DNA of 63,065 nt, filler included, from Octopus bimaculoides (taxonomy: Eukaryota): the NCBI RefSeq assembly GCF_001194135.2. It is 7 parts of 5 records of this genome, joined end to end, with 100 filler letters (N's around TTAATTAATTAA, not from the genome) between each part and the next. Parts side by side here need not be neighbours in the genome. Positions count along the whole stretch, not along the records: positions 1 to 7,373 come from NC_068988.1; positions 7,474 to 9,511 come from NW_026407891.1; positions 9,612 to 23,543 come from NC_068987.1; 4 more parts are not named here. The stretch is one strand, 5' to 3'. This document shows positions 1 to 12,011 of this stretch, piece by piece. A program made the position numbers and the translations under genes. Under the pieces are notes generated by a model. It had not been told where the DNA came from, made no database searches, and saw only the letters and a program-made list of their open reading frames with translations. How positions within the stretch are numbered: position 1 is the stretch's first letter; each line of letters starts with the position of its first letter.

Positions 1-243
1 TTATACCGGAAGAAATCCCTAATTACCTCCCCCTATCTAGAACTCTTCTTTTTCAGACTGGAGCGAACACGTTACAATGAAGTAGAGAAATTTGAAAAGA
101 CAACACGAAACCGGTTATTTCTCAAAATACAATGTTTATATACCAAAAAGATTTTATAACATTTTTCTAACATTTTTCTGACATAATTTAAATATATATT
201 TTAACCATGTAACACAAGTCTTCTGTAGTTTTTTCACTCTTAT

Positions 244-250
<7 letters not shown>

Positions 251-280
<30 letters not shown>
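251..280. repeat. (TA)n microsatellite (one example of dozens of TA/CA/GA/GATA/TAGG/TAA/CAA tracts in the window)
   Basis: Direct read: 30 bp of pure TA repeat. Confidence 0.95.
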
Positions 281-283
<3 letters not shown>

Positions 284-1189
284 CACCTACTTGTTGTTCC
301 CTCGCCTGTCTAATACATTCCCACTTACAAAGTTCTATTCAATCACTATCAACGTGTTGTATATAGTTGTTTCATGTAGGACCCTAATGTGAGCTTTCTT
401 TTCATTCGTTTTATAGATTCTGAATTGTTTAACGTCATCCTTATCGTCGTCGTCGGCGGCGGCGGCATCGTTATAGTCGTCGTCATAGTGTCGTCGTTGT
501 TTTATTGATGTTACTGTCAATGTCTCTGTTTTTGATTTGCTATAATCATTTTGTTTCCTTTATTATTCCCCAATGAAAGATGTCTTTTAAAAAAACCTTG
601 ATTAGTTTCTTTATCTTTAAAAAAAAAAAATCTTATTTTCGAATGATTTTCTACTCTTGTTACAAGGTGAGAGGTTGATTTCAACGTGTCATCTAAATAC
701 TATTCAGATATTTACGCTGTCTTTCACAAAACAAAGTCTAACATACTGGTGTTTATTTCACCCGATATTGATGATTAATCACTCTTAACTGGATTAAAAA
801 TATAAACCTTCTAATCAGTGTGATTGAATTATAATTTCTCTATTTTTATTAAAATGTGAAAAAGAAATTTAAGTACCAAAAAGATTGTGTAACGAACACA
901 TGTATGATGGGATTCGACATCAGTTATAATCGTTATATTAACACAGAAATTGCTAATTGCCATACTTACATCAACAAGCAGCTAGCTCAAAAGGATTTCT
1001 TGTGATAGAAGTCGCAAATAATATTATTTCTATATGATGTTCAAACATACTATTATGTAGGAGGCACAGATGTACGAATATTATTTTAGAGGATTATAAT
1101 GGAATAGTATCCTATGAAAGAGCAATTTTAATGTAAACCGTATCATATTTGTACAAAATATTAAATATATCAAAACTATATATAAAATC

Positions 1190-1572
1190 GCAGGTATGGC
1201 TATGTGGTAAGAATGTTGCTTCCAAAATACACCGTTTCAAATTCGTCCCCACGACGTGACACTTGAGCAGATACCTTTTAGAACAGCCTTGGGCCAAGCA
1301 AATCTTTGTGAGTGAATTTGATAGACGATAACTGAAAGAGAGCTGTCGTATATATGTGTGTGTGTGTTTCCTTGTTGTAGTTCCACAATCGATTGACAAC
1401 CATTGTAGGTTTGTTTACATCCCTGTAATTAAGCACTTCTGCGAAAAATAACCATATGATATGTACACTATTTCAAAACAAGTACAGGGATCGACTTGTT
1501 CAAGTAAAACCCTTCAACGTGGTGCCCTAGCATGGTGGCAGTTCAATGACTGAAACACGTAGAAACTAAAAG
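1190..1572 (+). mobile_element. tRNA-headed SINE, family A, diverged near-full copy
   Basis: A-box-like TGGCTATGTGG, B-box-like GTTTCAAATTC, short internal (TA)(TG) tract, 3' end CATGGTGGCAGTTCAATGACTGAAACA. Homologous segments at 2417, 17540, 24749, 29612 and 34695. Confidence 0.85.
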
Positions 1573-2416
1573 GAAGATATATTTAAATTACATACTGTAG
1601 GGGACAGACGAACATTTTTACTCACTAGATATCACCTGTCTACTGAACTGAAAATAATGTAACCAGTCTAAATTTAGATACAATATTATTTATACTGCAG
1701 ATGAATATTTAATGTTTCCTTTAACATTTGATGGATATGTTTTATGAAACGTCTGGAAGTTGTTGAAATCGCCACATCATAAGTTATCTCGTTCAATAAT
1801 TAATTAGAAATTGCATAGAGTGTAGTTTCCTATGTCTGTAGAATATGTCCGATAGTAGAAAAAAAAAGTTTCATTCTCAACCACGAGGTATATTCAACGA
1901 GTTTGAATTTCTATAGCATTGTGTCGATTAATAAATTATGAAGGAAATTGCATTGACAATAACTGTGTAAAACGCCCGCCCATTGCTGGAACAGGCAAAT
2001 CTAAGGTTCATGTATGTTATCTTGTGCTATGTAGCAATCACCTGAATAATACATTAATACTTACCCTATTACTTAGTAATTAAATGAGCCTGTTAATTTA
2101 GGTGATTGAGCAACAGAATACTGATTAGAATTTCTGCCCATCATCCATTCAATCCCACCCTTGATAACACTTACTGTGAGAGTTATATTATGTATGGAAT
2201 CTCAGTACATATCACTGCTGTGGCTTCAGTTTAATCTTAATCTGTTTCCACTCTTCATATTCGTGTCTTCCTTTCTTTTGCTTTTTAAAGAGATTGCTAC
2301 TTGCGATGACTGAGAAATAAAGTGAAACTTATTGATGTATGCATGTTATTAGGTTTTATGGACTTTTTCTCTCACTTCTTCAAACTAAAACCTTGAGAGT
2401 TACATCGAACTAAACA

Positions 2417-2688
2417 CAGCTGTGGTTAACAAGTTCGATTTGCAACCTCGCGTTTTCGGGTTCAGTTAACTGTGTACCACTTTGAGATACTGTCTTCTGC
2501 TATAGACACCTGGGTAACCAATGCCTTGTGAATGAATTTGGCAGACAGATTATGAGTCAAAGCCTGTCCTATATACATGTATATGAACATGAATATATNN
2601 NNNNNNNNNNNNNNNNNNNNNNNNNNNNNNNNNNNNNNNNNNNNNNNNNNNNNNNNNNNNNNNNNNNNNNNNNNNNNNNNNNNNNNNN

Positions 2689-2726
<38 letters not shown>

Positions 2727-2761
2727 ATGTATATTGGCGTGTGCGTGTATATGTATGCATT

Positions 2762-2843
<82 letters not shown>

Positions 2844-3085
2844 GTGTGTGAGTATGTATATATTTGTGTGTGTATGTGTCTCTGTGTTTTCCTCTTCCAC
2901 CTCTTAGCAACTGGTGTTGACTTATCTACGTCTCTGTAACACACAAGTTTGGTAAAAGTGATCGATAGAAGAGGACCAGGATTACAAAAGATAACTACTG
3001 CGATCGATTTCTCCAACAGAACCCCTTCAAGACTGTACCCCAGCATGGCTGTTTTCCAATGATTGAAACATCTAAAAGTTGAAAG
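2417..3085 (+). mobile_element. SINE family A with a greatly expanded internal microsatellite (GT/ATGT/GATA)
   Basis: 5' and 3' halves align to the 1190 and 24749 copies. The middle is over 300 bp of gap plus (GT)n, (ATGT)n and (GATA)n. Confidence 0.8.
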
Positions 3086-4129
3086 AAGATTAAACCGTGA
3101 TGTGATTTGCATCTTCAAAGTAACTAAACAACGTATATATTAGTTCATTGTACAATCTCGCTGTAAGTGAATTAAAATACAGACAGGAAATAAATTAAAT
3201 TCACACATATAGAACGAGGCAAAGACAATTAATTGTGTTGTTCTTCAGTACCGTAAGAGCGATCGGAAAATATTTTTGTACATCACTGTAACTGTAAAAC
3301 AAACAGCTCTATTTAGAAGAATTTATCAAAATACAATTTCGAAGAAAACATTGAGAACTTCAGAAATAGTGAAACATTTTATGTTTTGTTATTTTGTGGG
3401 CAAATAAAAGTGATGTTTTTACGTCGGAACAAAAGAACGTCTGTCCTCCATGATACTGAAATATAAAGTAGGAATATACGTGTGTTTGTTTACATATATG
3501 CGTGTGTGTGTCAGTGTGTATGTATTCGTGTGTATGAGAGAGAGTGTGTGTGTGTGTGTGTGTGTAATAATGTGTACTATGTCTTGCTTAAAAGACAGTC
3601 TAATCATGTCTGCGCTATTTGTGTGAAAATATTTTCGTTATTAGTCTTCCTATTATTGTTATTTATTTATTATTGCTTTTATTTTTGTGTACGACACTGT
3701 AGATCGATAAAGTAATTAACACAAACATATCTCTAATAATTATATTGAAATAACCACAATCGGGTAAAAAATATTGTTGTATTTACATAAAAAATTATTT
3801 TATTACTAAATATAAAATATCACACTTAAAAGATATTTGCTTCGTTCTCATCTTCCATGTCGGTCTCTAACATTTGAAGTTTGTGTATGAATATGTGTTC
3901 GTTTGAATGTGTATTTGTGTCCGCGTGTGTGAATGTATGTGTTTGTGTGTGTGAGTGGGTGTGTTTGTATGTGTGTGTGTCTATGGGCGTGTGTGCTACT
4001 TGTGTGTGCCTGCTATATGCGTGGATTTTCCTAAATTAAATCAGCAATCACAATCGCAAACGTATATTGTTCGTACTCAAGTTTTCCTCCTGTTATGTTT
4101 TCTGATACAGTTATGTTCTATGTGATACT

Positions 4130-4509
4130 GAAGACGACCTCTCTCTATTTAGAATTGCTTGGCATATCACGAAGCTATGTTCAATGCCGCTTCCGAACAT
4201 AGGTAGCTTTGGAGATGTTTGCTCTGATGCAAAAATTCGAACTAATTATCGTCAGAATGTTATCCTAGCCTCAAGGCGCATTGATTCTCGTCTCATTTCG
4301 GTAGAGGTCACAGATAAATACTGCTGGATAATCTCTGCGTGAATTTAGATATATCTTTGACTCCACACATAACATATGTGGCTAGTACATTAGATACATA
4401 AGCTATCCTAATCTCTGGCACAAAAGCGTCATCCACTTCTACATGGTCAATCTCCGTCAAACAGCTTGTATTTTAGACTGAAGACCTACTCAAAAATGTG
4501 ACACCCGTA
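4130..4509 (-). mobile_element. Possible very decayed Tc1/mariner-like end
   Basis: Reverse complement of 4491-4509 reads TA-CGGGTGTCACATTTTTG, resembling a TA-flanked Tc1/mariner terminal repeat. No clean transposase motif was recovered. Confidence 0.3.
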
Positions 4510-5483
4510 CATTTCAACCACCCATTTTGCCATTTTTTTAAACATGTCTGGACTTAGGCATGAAAAACGTCTAAATAATCAGGCCTGAGTTTTTCCACGC
4601 ACTGACAACTAACTACATCGGCTTCTCCTACGGTTTTTAGAGCTGCGACCAGATACAAATCATCCACTGTATCTCTTCTATTTGCAACATTTGCAGATGC
4701 AGTGCGCTCTCATTTGTATCTACATGCATTCTTCACAGAATAAAATACTCGAAAGAGACCTGGCATCTGGTTCAGACGTCCAGAAGCACCGTCCACCAAA
4801 CTATCATGGACACCAAGAATATCGAGTGGTCCGGCCAGTGTGTTTTTGAGGTAACCTTCCTTATATCTTTTCATGCACAACGCCCTGCTTCTAAGTATCT
4901 GTAACCTTTTTCAAGAGCTGTTTGTCAAAAGCAGGTGTTGTCATACACACTCTATACCGCTAAGCGTATTTACTAACCTTGAGCAATAATGAGCTAATTG
5001 CGTATGTATAGTATCATCGCGGACGTTCCCCTGCGTAGCACAAACACAGCCTACGTAGCATTAAATCCCACGAGAAACTGATTCATACATGTGAGTATCT
5101 CTGTATTTGCATATAATATATACATATGTATATATATACGGAAAATAAGACAAGGTATAAAATGGTAAAATAATGTTATCAAGGTATACATTTTGTAACG
5201 GTTAGTACCGGTTTCTGTCTTTTTCACTTTTTCAACTAAGAGTAGCATCTAGTAATAGCGACTGCCCGTGGAATCTACTTTAATGGTCAAGAGGCCTCAA
5301 TTTAATTGTTTTTCTTCTGAATTAATGCCCACTTTTGTTTTACTCTTTGTTGCAAAAGTCGAAAAGCCTGAAGCCAGTAATAACCGTTTCAAAATATATT
5401 TCATGATAAAATTATTTTAGCATTTTCTACCTTGTCTTATTTTCCTTATATATATATCACTCGTGTGTCACTTTTCAATATTC

Positions 5484-5527
<44 letters not shown>

Positions 5528-6899
5528 TATGTGTGTACACATATTTAATACATGCATACATACATACATACATACATACACTTGTATGCGTACATGCATG
5601 CATACGTACAGATTTTTCATTGTAGTAGAAATAAGCGCATATTTTGTAATAAATCAACGCGTATCATTGGCCGCATAATCATGTGATAAATGTACACAAT
5701 AACTTTTCAAATACACAGACACTGTAATCGTTAGTTTCTGACTCACATAAAACTCTCTTTTTCTTTCTTTTTTTTCCCGTTGAAGCAATTAATCAAAAGT
5801 AATTTTTATTGCAACATACTGACATGAATTTATTCCGTTCAAACGTGTCTAGTCAAATGATTTTGAACTCATATCGTTATGTTATACATCACATAAGATA
5901 GCGATTCAACAGCTAAAATATAGCTCTCCAATATTATTGATTCGTTTTAAATAATAGATGTTCTATCTCGAACAAGTTAGGTTAGCAGTGAAAGAAACAC
6001 GTTCCTTCCTACTAGACTATAGACATCAAAAGGCAACGACTTGGCAAAATGATGACCATTAATTTCATGTCTGACTTATCTCCTCACCAGCCAGAAATAT
6101 TATTCCAATCAGTATTATACATTCAACAATAATTACGTTTGAAGACGATCCTTTATTTGATGGAGAGAAGCCAATAAATCGGTCTGTGCGAGACATAACA
6201 TTGTGTCATTTTATATAGCTTTGTTCCTAATAAGCAAACATCTTCACAGAATCGACCACATTTGCCATATCTTAATATTTTTATTTGACCTACTAAAACG
6301 CTCTCCTAATTTCGTAATCAAAGCTATTTTCTACTGAAGTGTCCATCACGAATACCATATCAAATATCGTATTTTATTTCCGCTCTCTACCAATCTATAT
6401 TTATATTTCTGTCTCTTTCGCCACTTTATTTTATCTTTCTGCTTATGTCTAACACACTCGTTTTCTTCCTTTCTTTCTCTCCCTCTCTCTCCCCCTCTCT
6501 CTCTTTATATATATTATGTGTTAATACATACACATACATAAATGCAGATGCATATAGGTGTGTATGTGTATGCGTGTATGTATATGTGTGTGCCAGTATG
6601 CGTGTGTCTGTGGGCGCGCATTTATGCGTGTTTGTGTGAATGTACATATGAGAGTGTAATTTGTTTAAAGAATAGCAGAATATATAGAATATATAACAGA
6701 CTTCTTTCCCTCTTTTATTCACACTTTAATAGCGTTAAAACGACAAGAGAGAACAGCTTCAGTTATATATTAGAAGAACAATTTTACGCAAAGTGTGAGA
6801 ACAAATCGTTTCATTCGTACTACGCCTAGAATAGGCGGAATTGCTGTTAGACAACTAAAACAATACATACCACTGCTTTTGCGTGGCAAACATGAGTGG

Positions 6900-7150
6900 T
6901 AATGAAATTTTATGGGTCCATAATGTGAGAAGAAAGGGCTCTGCTTAGTGATTAGTGCTGCATTTGGGAGTTTGGGGAATATAAATATAAGTTTCGAAAA
7001 GATGAGAAAGAAAAAATATCTGAGTAGCGGGTGTATGGGATCAAGTAGCTCGGAAGAGCAGAGCCATTATAGTTATGATAGAAAGGACAACGGGACGAAT
7101 GGACTCTCTATGAGACGAAAGCTGACTCTTATTTTTTGGAGAATGTAATA
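6900..7150 (+). mobile_element. Degenerate L1/Tx1-like ORF2 C-terminal fragment
   Basis: Frameshifted translation gives FEKMRKKKYLSS...WDQVARKSR, resembling the terminal motif of the element at 12012-12724. Confidence 0.35.
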
Positions 7151-7373
7151 TTATATGACGTTATGGACTCATTGGTTAGACGGTTTCAGAATGCAGTCTA
7201 AGATGACTAAGTACACAACAACGGAAACATTCCAAGTGAGCAAACAATAATCCAATTTACACTACACCAGATATTTGTATTGTTCCAAGAATCGTTAGCA
7301 AAAGGTACATACTCATACCTTCAATATGAATGAATATATTTATATATATATGTATATATATATATATATATAT

Positions 7374-7473
7374 NNNNNNNNNNNNNNNNNNNNNNNNNNN
7401 NNNNNNNNNNNNNNNNNTTAATTAATTAANNNNNNNNNNNNNNNNNNNNNNNNNNNNNNNNNNNNNNNNNNNN
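7374..7473. other. Artificial scaffold linker N44-TTAATTAATTAA-N44
   Basis: Exactly 100 bp; stop codons in all six frames. Identical linkers occur at 9512, 23544, 25378, 57420 and 61640. Confidence 0.97.
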
Positions 7474-8007
7474 TATATATATATATATATGCACCACTAA
7501 AGGGTGTATAGTAACATAACCTAGTTCTTCTGAACTATGCCTATCCTTTGTCCAGTGGGGCCAAAATCAGCCTCTACCTATTTTTAGAACGGAATACAAG
7601 ACGCACAGACTACAATTCAATTGAAATGAAATCTCTATGTGTTACAATGTATGAAAAAATAACTGTCAATTTCTACTTTTTCCTTTGACAAAGGTTTTTG
7701 CTTTTTCAAATTCATAATGCAATTTAATTGCATGAATATGGATTTAAGTAAGTAAACCGAAACGTGCGTAGGCGACATGAATAGGCAACTATTTTAATAA
7801 ATGTATTGATTATTTTGCTAGTTTATTTTGTCTCTTTGTCTTCTCGCCTGGTGCTGTATGAACATTTAATGTGGTTTTAGACGCAAGCTTTGGCTGCTAT
7901 ATCTAGCATGATGGTATCTTTTAAATACCCTTAATTATAATTTTAATAATAATTATTACCTCTGAGGTTTTTATTCCCATTCTAGCCACTTGATATGATC
8001 GGTAGAT

Positions 8008-8103
8008 ATGTAGAAATATATGCATATATGCATATGTAGAAATATATGCATATATGCATATGTAGAAATATATGCATATATGCATATGTAGAAATATATG
8101 CAT
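8008..8103. repeat. 26-bp minisatellite ATGTAGAAATATATGCATATATGCAT x3.7
   Basis: Three perfect units (8008, 8034, 8060) plus an 18-bp partial unit. Confidence 0.95.
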
Positions 8104-9050
8104 ATGTGTGTATATATCAGTGTATGCAAGTGTTCTATATTTATGTAGAAACATACATGCGCGCGCGCGCGCATACACAGTGTTAGTGTGTGTTACGGAC
8201 ATCTGGGTGCGTTTCCTTGCATATATGGTGACGACGCTGGCGGCGGCGGTGCTGCTGCTACTGCTGCTGCTGCTGCTACTGCTATTTCGTTTTGTTTATT
8301 TCATTAAGGTGGGAAATAGGACGCTGTACGCCTTAAACACGCCACCACCTCAGTACAAACGGCGACCACCACTCACCACCACCGCCACCCTCTACCACAA
8401 CCACCATTTTCACCACCACCACCACCACCACCACCACCATCGCCAACGCNNNNNNNNNNNNNNNNNNNNNNNNNNNNNNNNNNNNNNNNNNNNNNNNNNN
8501 NNNNNNNNNNNNNNNNNNNNNNNNNNNNNNNNNNNNNNNNNNNNNNNNNNNNNNNNNNNNNNNNNNNNNNNNNNNNNNNNNNNNNNNNNNNNNNNNNNNN
8601 NNNNNNNNNNNNNNNNNNNNNNNNNNNNNNNNNNNNNNNNNNNNNNNNNNNNNNNNNNNNNNNNNNNNNNNNNNNNNNNNNNNNNNNNNNACTCGCCGTT
8701 CGGTCCTCCCCCACCACACCCCGTCTTCACCCTCATCCCACCCCACCCCCAGCTCATCCTACATCACAGGTAATAAACACAAAATATAACAATTCAACAG
8801 CCGGGTGTCAAAATAAGTCTATTTCCCAGGATGTCAAAGGTCACACGATTATATAACCTCTCATTTTTCATAGACGGTGGCGAGAATGCGGTGTGAGACG
8901 GGCGACAGCTTTTCTGCAAATTTCTTCTATGCTTTTCTTTTTGGCTCACATTTTGTTGTGATTATGTTGTTGTCTATGTTGTTGTTGTTGTTGTTGATGT
9001 TGTTATTGTTCATGTTGGTGATAGTCTTCGTTATTATTGTTGTTTTTTGT

Positions 9051-9280
9051 AAGACAGAGAGCTGGTAGAATCGTTAACGCGCCAGGCAAAATACTTAACT
9101 GTATTTTCGTCCGTCTTTTACATTGTGAGTTCAAATTCCGCCAGGGTCGACTTAGCCTTTCATCCTTTCGGGGTCGATAAATTAAGTACCACTGAAACAC
9201 TGCGGTCGATGTAATCGACTTAACCCCTCTCCCATAAAATTTCGGGCTTTGTGCATTTAGAAGAAAAGATTATTATTATT
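9051..9280 (+). mobile_element. tRNA-headed SINE family B, tail type B1, (TTA)n tail
   Basis: GAGCTGGTAGAATCG A-box-like head, GAGTTCAAATTC B-box, conserved core GGTCGAC..CCTTTCATCCTTTCGGGGTCGATAAATTAAGTACC; ends AAAAGATTATTATTATT. Confidence 0.9.
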
Positions 9281-9511
9281 AAAGAAGTGATTTTAAATTC
9301 TCAAACGCAGGATAATGCTAATAATATAGCCTGAACAGGTTAAGCTACCCCCTATTTTTAAATTTTCTTTTTTACAACAACCACAAGAGCGGAAAAAGAT
9401 GAAAGATGACTTCACAGTGAAAAATACCAAAAATTATTATTTTGTTTGTTTATTTTTCTTATTACATCTTCTACGATAGGAAAAGATCAAATGGCAACAA
9501 AACACTTAAAG

Positions 9512-9611
9512 NNNNNNNNNNNNNNNNNNNNNNNNNNNNNNNNNNNNNNNNNNNNTTAATTAATTAANNNNNNNNNNNNNNNNNNNNNNNNNNNNNNNNN
9601 NNNNNNNNNNN
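9512..9611. other. Artificial scaffold linker N44-TTAATTAATTAA-N44
   Basis: Same 100-bp structure as 7374. Confidence 0.97.
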
Positions 9612-9843
9612 CAGACAAATACTTAACAAAAACACCAGGACTTACAAATATATATAAAATACAGAAAATTGCACTACTGGGCACTGCACACATCCTACGC
9701 AAAACACTTTCAATACAGTAACCATAAGAGCATCACAGCAAACCACAGCACATACCCAAGGCGCACAGAGCTGCGCTCGGTAGTGAAATGAAAGGACGTT
9801 ATAAAACTAAAACTACTGAACAATAATAATAATAATAATAATA
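9612..9843 (+). mobile_element. R4/Dong-clade non-LTR retrotransposon 3' end (family R4-1), (TAA)n tail
   Basis: Translates to TKTPGLTNIYKIQKIALLGTAHILRKTLSIQ*, the C-terminus typical of REL-endonuclease R4/Dong elements; ~100-bp 3' UTR then TAA repeats. Confidence 0.9.
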
Positions 9844-9945
9844 CTAACTTCTAACTTGTTGTCTCTTGAGGTCACTGGGTGAGACTTGGATCCAACTTGT
9901 ACAAATGCAAAGCAAAAGTCAAATATAAAATAATAATAATAATGA
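9844..9945 (+). mobile_element. 3' UTR fragment of a different TAA-tailed element (family R4-3)
   Basis: Ends GTACAAATGCAAAGCAAAAGTCAAATATAAAATAATAATAAT; the same terminus recurs at 61740-61783. R4/Dong assignment is inferred from tail and context. Confidence 0.6.
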
Positions 9946-10029
9946 TGATGATGATGATGTTNNNNNNNNNNCTTGGATCCAACTTGTACAAATGCAAAGC
10001 AAAAGTCAAATATAAAATAATAATAATAA

Positions 10030-10047
10030 TGATGATGATGATGATGT

Positions 10048-10079
<32 letters not shown>

Positions 10080-10111
10080 ATGATGATAATCATAATGATA
10101 ATAATAATAAC

Positions 10112-10144
<33 letters not shown>

Positions 10145-10165
10145 CATCATCATCATCATCATAAT
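10030..10165. repeat. Compound (TGA)n/(TAA)n/(CAT)n microsatellite
   Basis: Direct read. Confidence 0.95.
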
Positions 10166-10224
10166 AAATGAAACTGTTGCCCATATCACGAACGAATACC
10201 CTAGACTTGCCCGAAACCAGTAAC

Positions 10225-10764
10225 AGTTGTGGTGACACGACCCGGTATAATGGAAACTGCGAAAAGTGCGAGCTAGAGAGAGGCAAGACGTGGTATGAGA
10301 ATAGACCGCAGAGACTGGCAGTGTCGGTGTCTATCAAAATACAAACAGATCAGCTGCTACAGTATAACAGACCGGACCAAGTGGTGATAAACAAGGTGCA
10401 TCACATATGCTATATAGTTGGTGTTGTGTGCCCCTTTGACCCACGAATAGTTAAGAAAGACGACGATAAAATAGATACAATCCGAATACGAAATAGCCTG
10501 ACTATCGGAAATGAAGGTGAAGACAGTACCAATTATTGTAGAGTCCTTGAGAAGAGTATCAGAAGCCATCAAGGGGAATATAAAGGAAAGTGGAATAGTG
10601 TGCCCAGTAGAATTGTTGCAAAAGTTTTGCCTCCTTGGCACGGCCAGAATAATCGGTAAAGTATTAGATAGCTCAAGAGGGCGAAGAACATGGTACCATA
10701 GGCTGCAGGTAGTAACGCTGCTACGCATGCAAGTCTCCAGGAGCTCCAACAAAACGTGTGATAA
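10225..10764 (+). mobile_element. R4/Dong-clade retrotransposon 3' fragment (zinc-knuckle end + REL endonuclease + 3' UTR; family R4-2), frameshifted
   Basis: ORF 10168-10659 has CEKCELERGKTWYE...IQTDQLLQYNRPDQVVINK..ICYIVGVVCPFD..IVKKDDDKI (PD..D REL core). ORF 10511-10807 continues KVKTVPIIV...VELLQKFCLLGTARIIGKVLDS. Confidence 0.9.
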
Positions 10765-10765
10765 A

Positions 10766-11270
10766 GATTGGAAGTGTTACCATGTACATTGTTTCGTCTT
10801 GATATAAAAGAGGAGCTACAGCAAATATTCTGCTCAATACCACAGATTTGCTTGTCACTTGTTTCACCTTAACCAGTTGAGTATATCCCTTAGTGGCTGA
10901 CGATACATGTATCTCTAATCACAGACAGGAATTGTTGGGAAACATCATAGCCATGTGTTGAGAGGAATTCTTTGGGGATTGGATAATTCACATTTGGAAA
11001 CATGGGTGTCTCGTTCAACATCCTTAAACAAACCTTATTCAGAGACCTTTTGAGCGGGATGGGATACTCTACATGAAGAAAATTCTAACTGGGCCCCACC
11101 TGCTAGGTTTTGCGCTGTTTATTTTCATACGAGATCACAATGTCGTGCACATGTGGTCGTAATGCATGTGCCTGGTTTACCCTTATCAGACGCGTAGTCA
11201 TGATGGGGGTACTGGGCGTCGTATATCTTACGCCAGTATCATTTTCATAGGATGCACTGCTCTTTCACTC
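10766..11270 (+). mobile_element. Non-coding interspersed repeat family D, copy 1 (5'-truncated, TAA tail)
   Basis: Colinear with 11290-11866 and 31278-31620; ends CTCTTTCACTC then TAA-like repeats; no ORF and no tRNA head. Confidence 0.9.
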
Positions 11271-11289
11271 CGTAATAAATAATAATAAA

Positions 11290-11866
11290 TGCTCTCATGG
11301 CTTCTGATCTTAACTGATTGGAAGTGTTATCATGTACATCGTTTTTTCACGGTATAAAAGATGATATATAGCAAATATTCTGCTCAGTACCACTGAATTG
11401 CTAATAACTTGTTTGACCCTAACCAGTTGAGCGTGTCTTTTGATAGCTGACAATATGTGCATCTCTGATCACGACCAGAAGTTCTGAGGGAGGGAGCATC
11501 ATAGCCATGTGTTAAGAGGAATTCTTTGGAGTTTGAATAATTCACCTCTGGAAACATGGGCGTTTCGTTCAACATCCTTAAACAACCCTTATTCAAGGAT
11601 CATTTGAACGGGATGGGCTACTCGACCTGAAGAAAATTCTTACTGGGCACCACTTNNNNNNNNNNNNNNNNNNNNNNNNNNNNNNNNNNNNNNNNNNNCA
11701 AGGTCATGCGCTGTTTATCTTGATATGAGATCACCATGTCATGCACATATGCTTGTGATGCATGTGCCTGGTGTAACCTTATCGGACGGGTAGTAATGAT
11801 GTGTATACTGGGTTTCGTATATTTTACCCCATTGTCACTTTGATGGCATGCACTGCTATGTCATTC
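11290..11866 (+). mobile_element. Family D, copy 2 (tandem to copy 1; internal N gap)
   Basis: Starts after AATAATAATAAAT; 3' end is followed by (CAA)n then (TAA)n. Confidence 0.9.
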
Positions 11867-11917
11867 AACAACAACATCAACAACAACAACAACGACAACA
11901 ACAACAACAACAACAGC

Positions 11918-11954
<37 letters not shown>

Positions 11955-11966
11955 TTAATAATAATA

Positions 11967-11999
<33 letters not shown>

Positions 12000-12010
12000 A
12001 TATTAATAAT
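11867..12010. repeat. (CAA)n-(TAA)n-(TTA)n compound microsatellite joining two tail-to-tail elements
   Basis: Direct read; polarity switches from AAT to ATT near 11968. Confidence 0.95.
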
Positions 12011-12011
12011 G

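Noticed and set aside
4600-4950. LTR-like block with AATAAA
   Set aside because: No TG..CA termini, PBS/PPT or second copy; cannot be supported.
8072-8773. 233-aa ORF with poly-Leu/poly-His
   Set aside because: Translation of microsatellites plus an N gap; no domain.
9885-10046. Direct repeat on both sides of a 10-N gap
   Set aside because: Most likely unmerged overlapping contig ends rather than a true tandem insertion.
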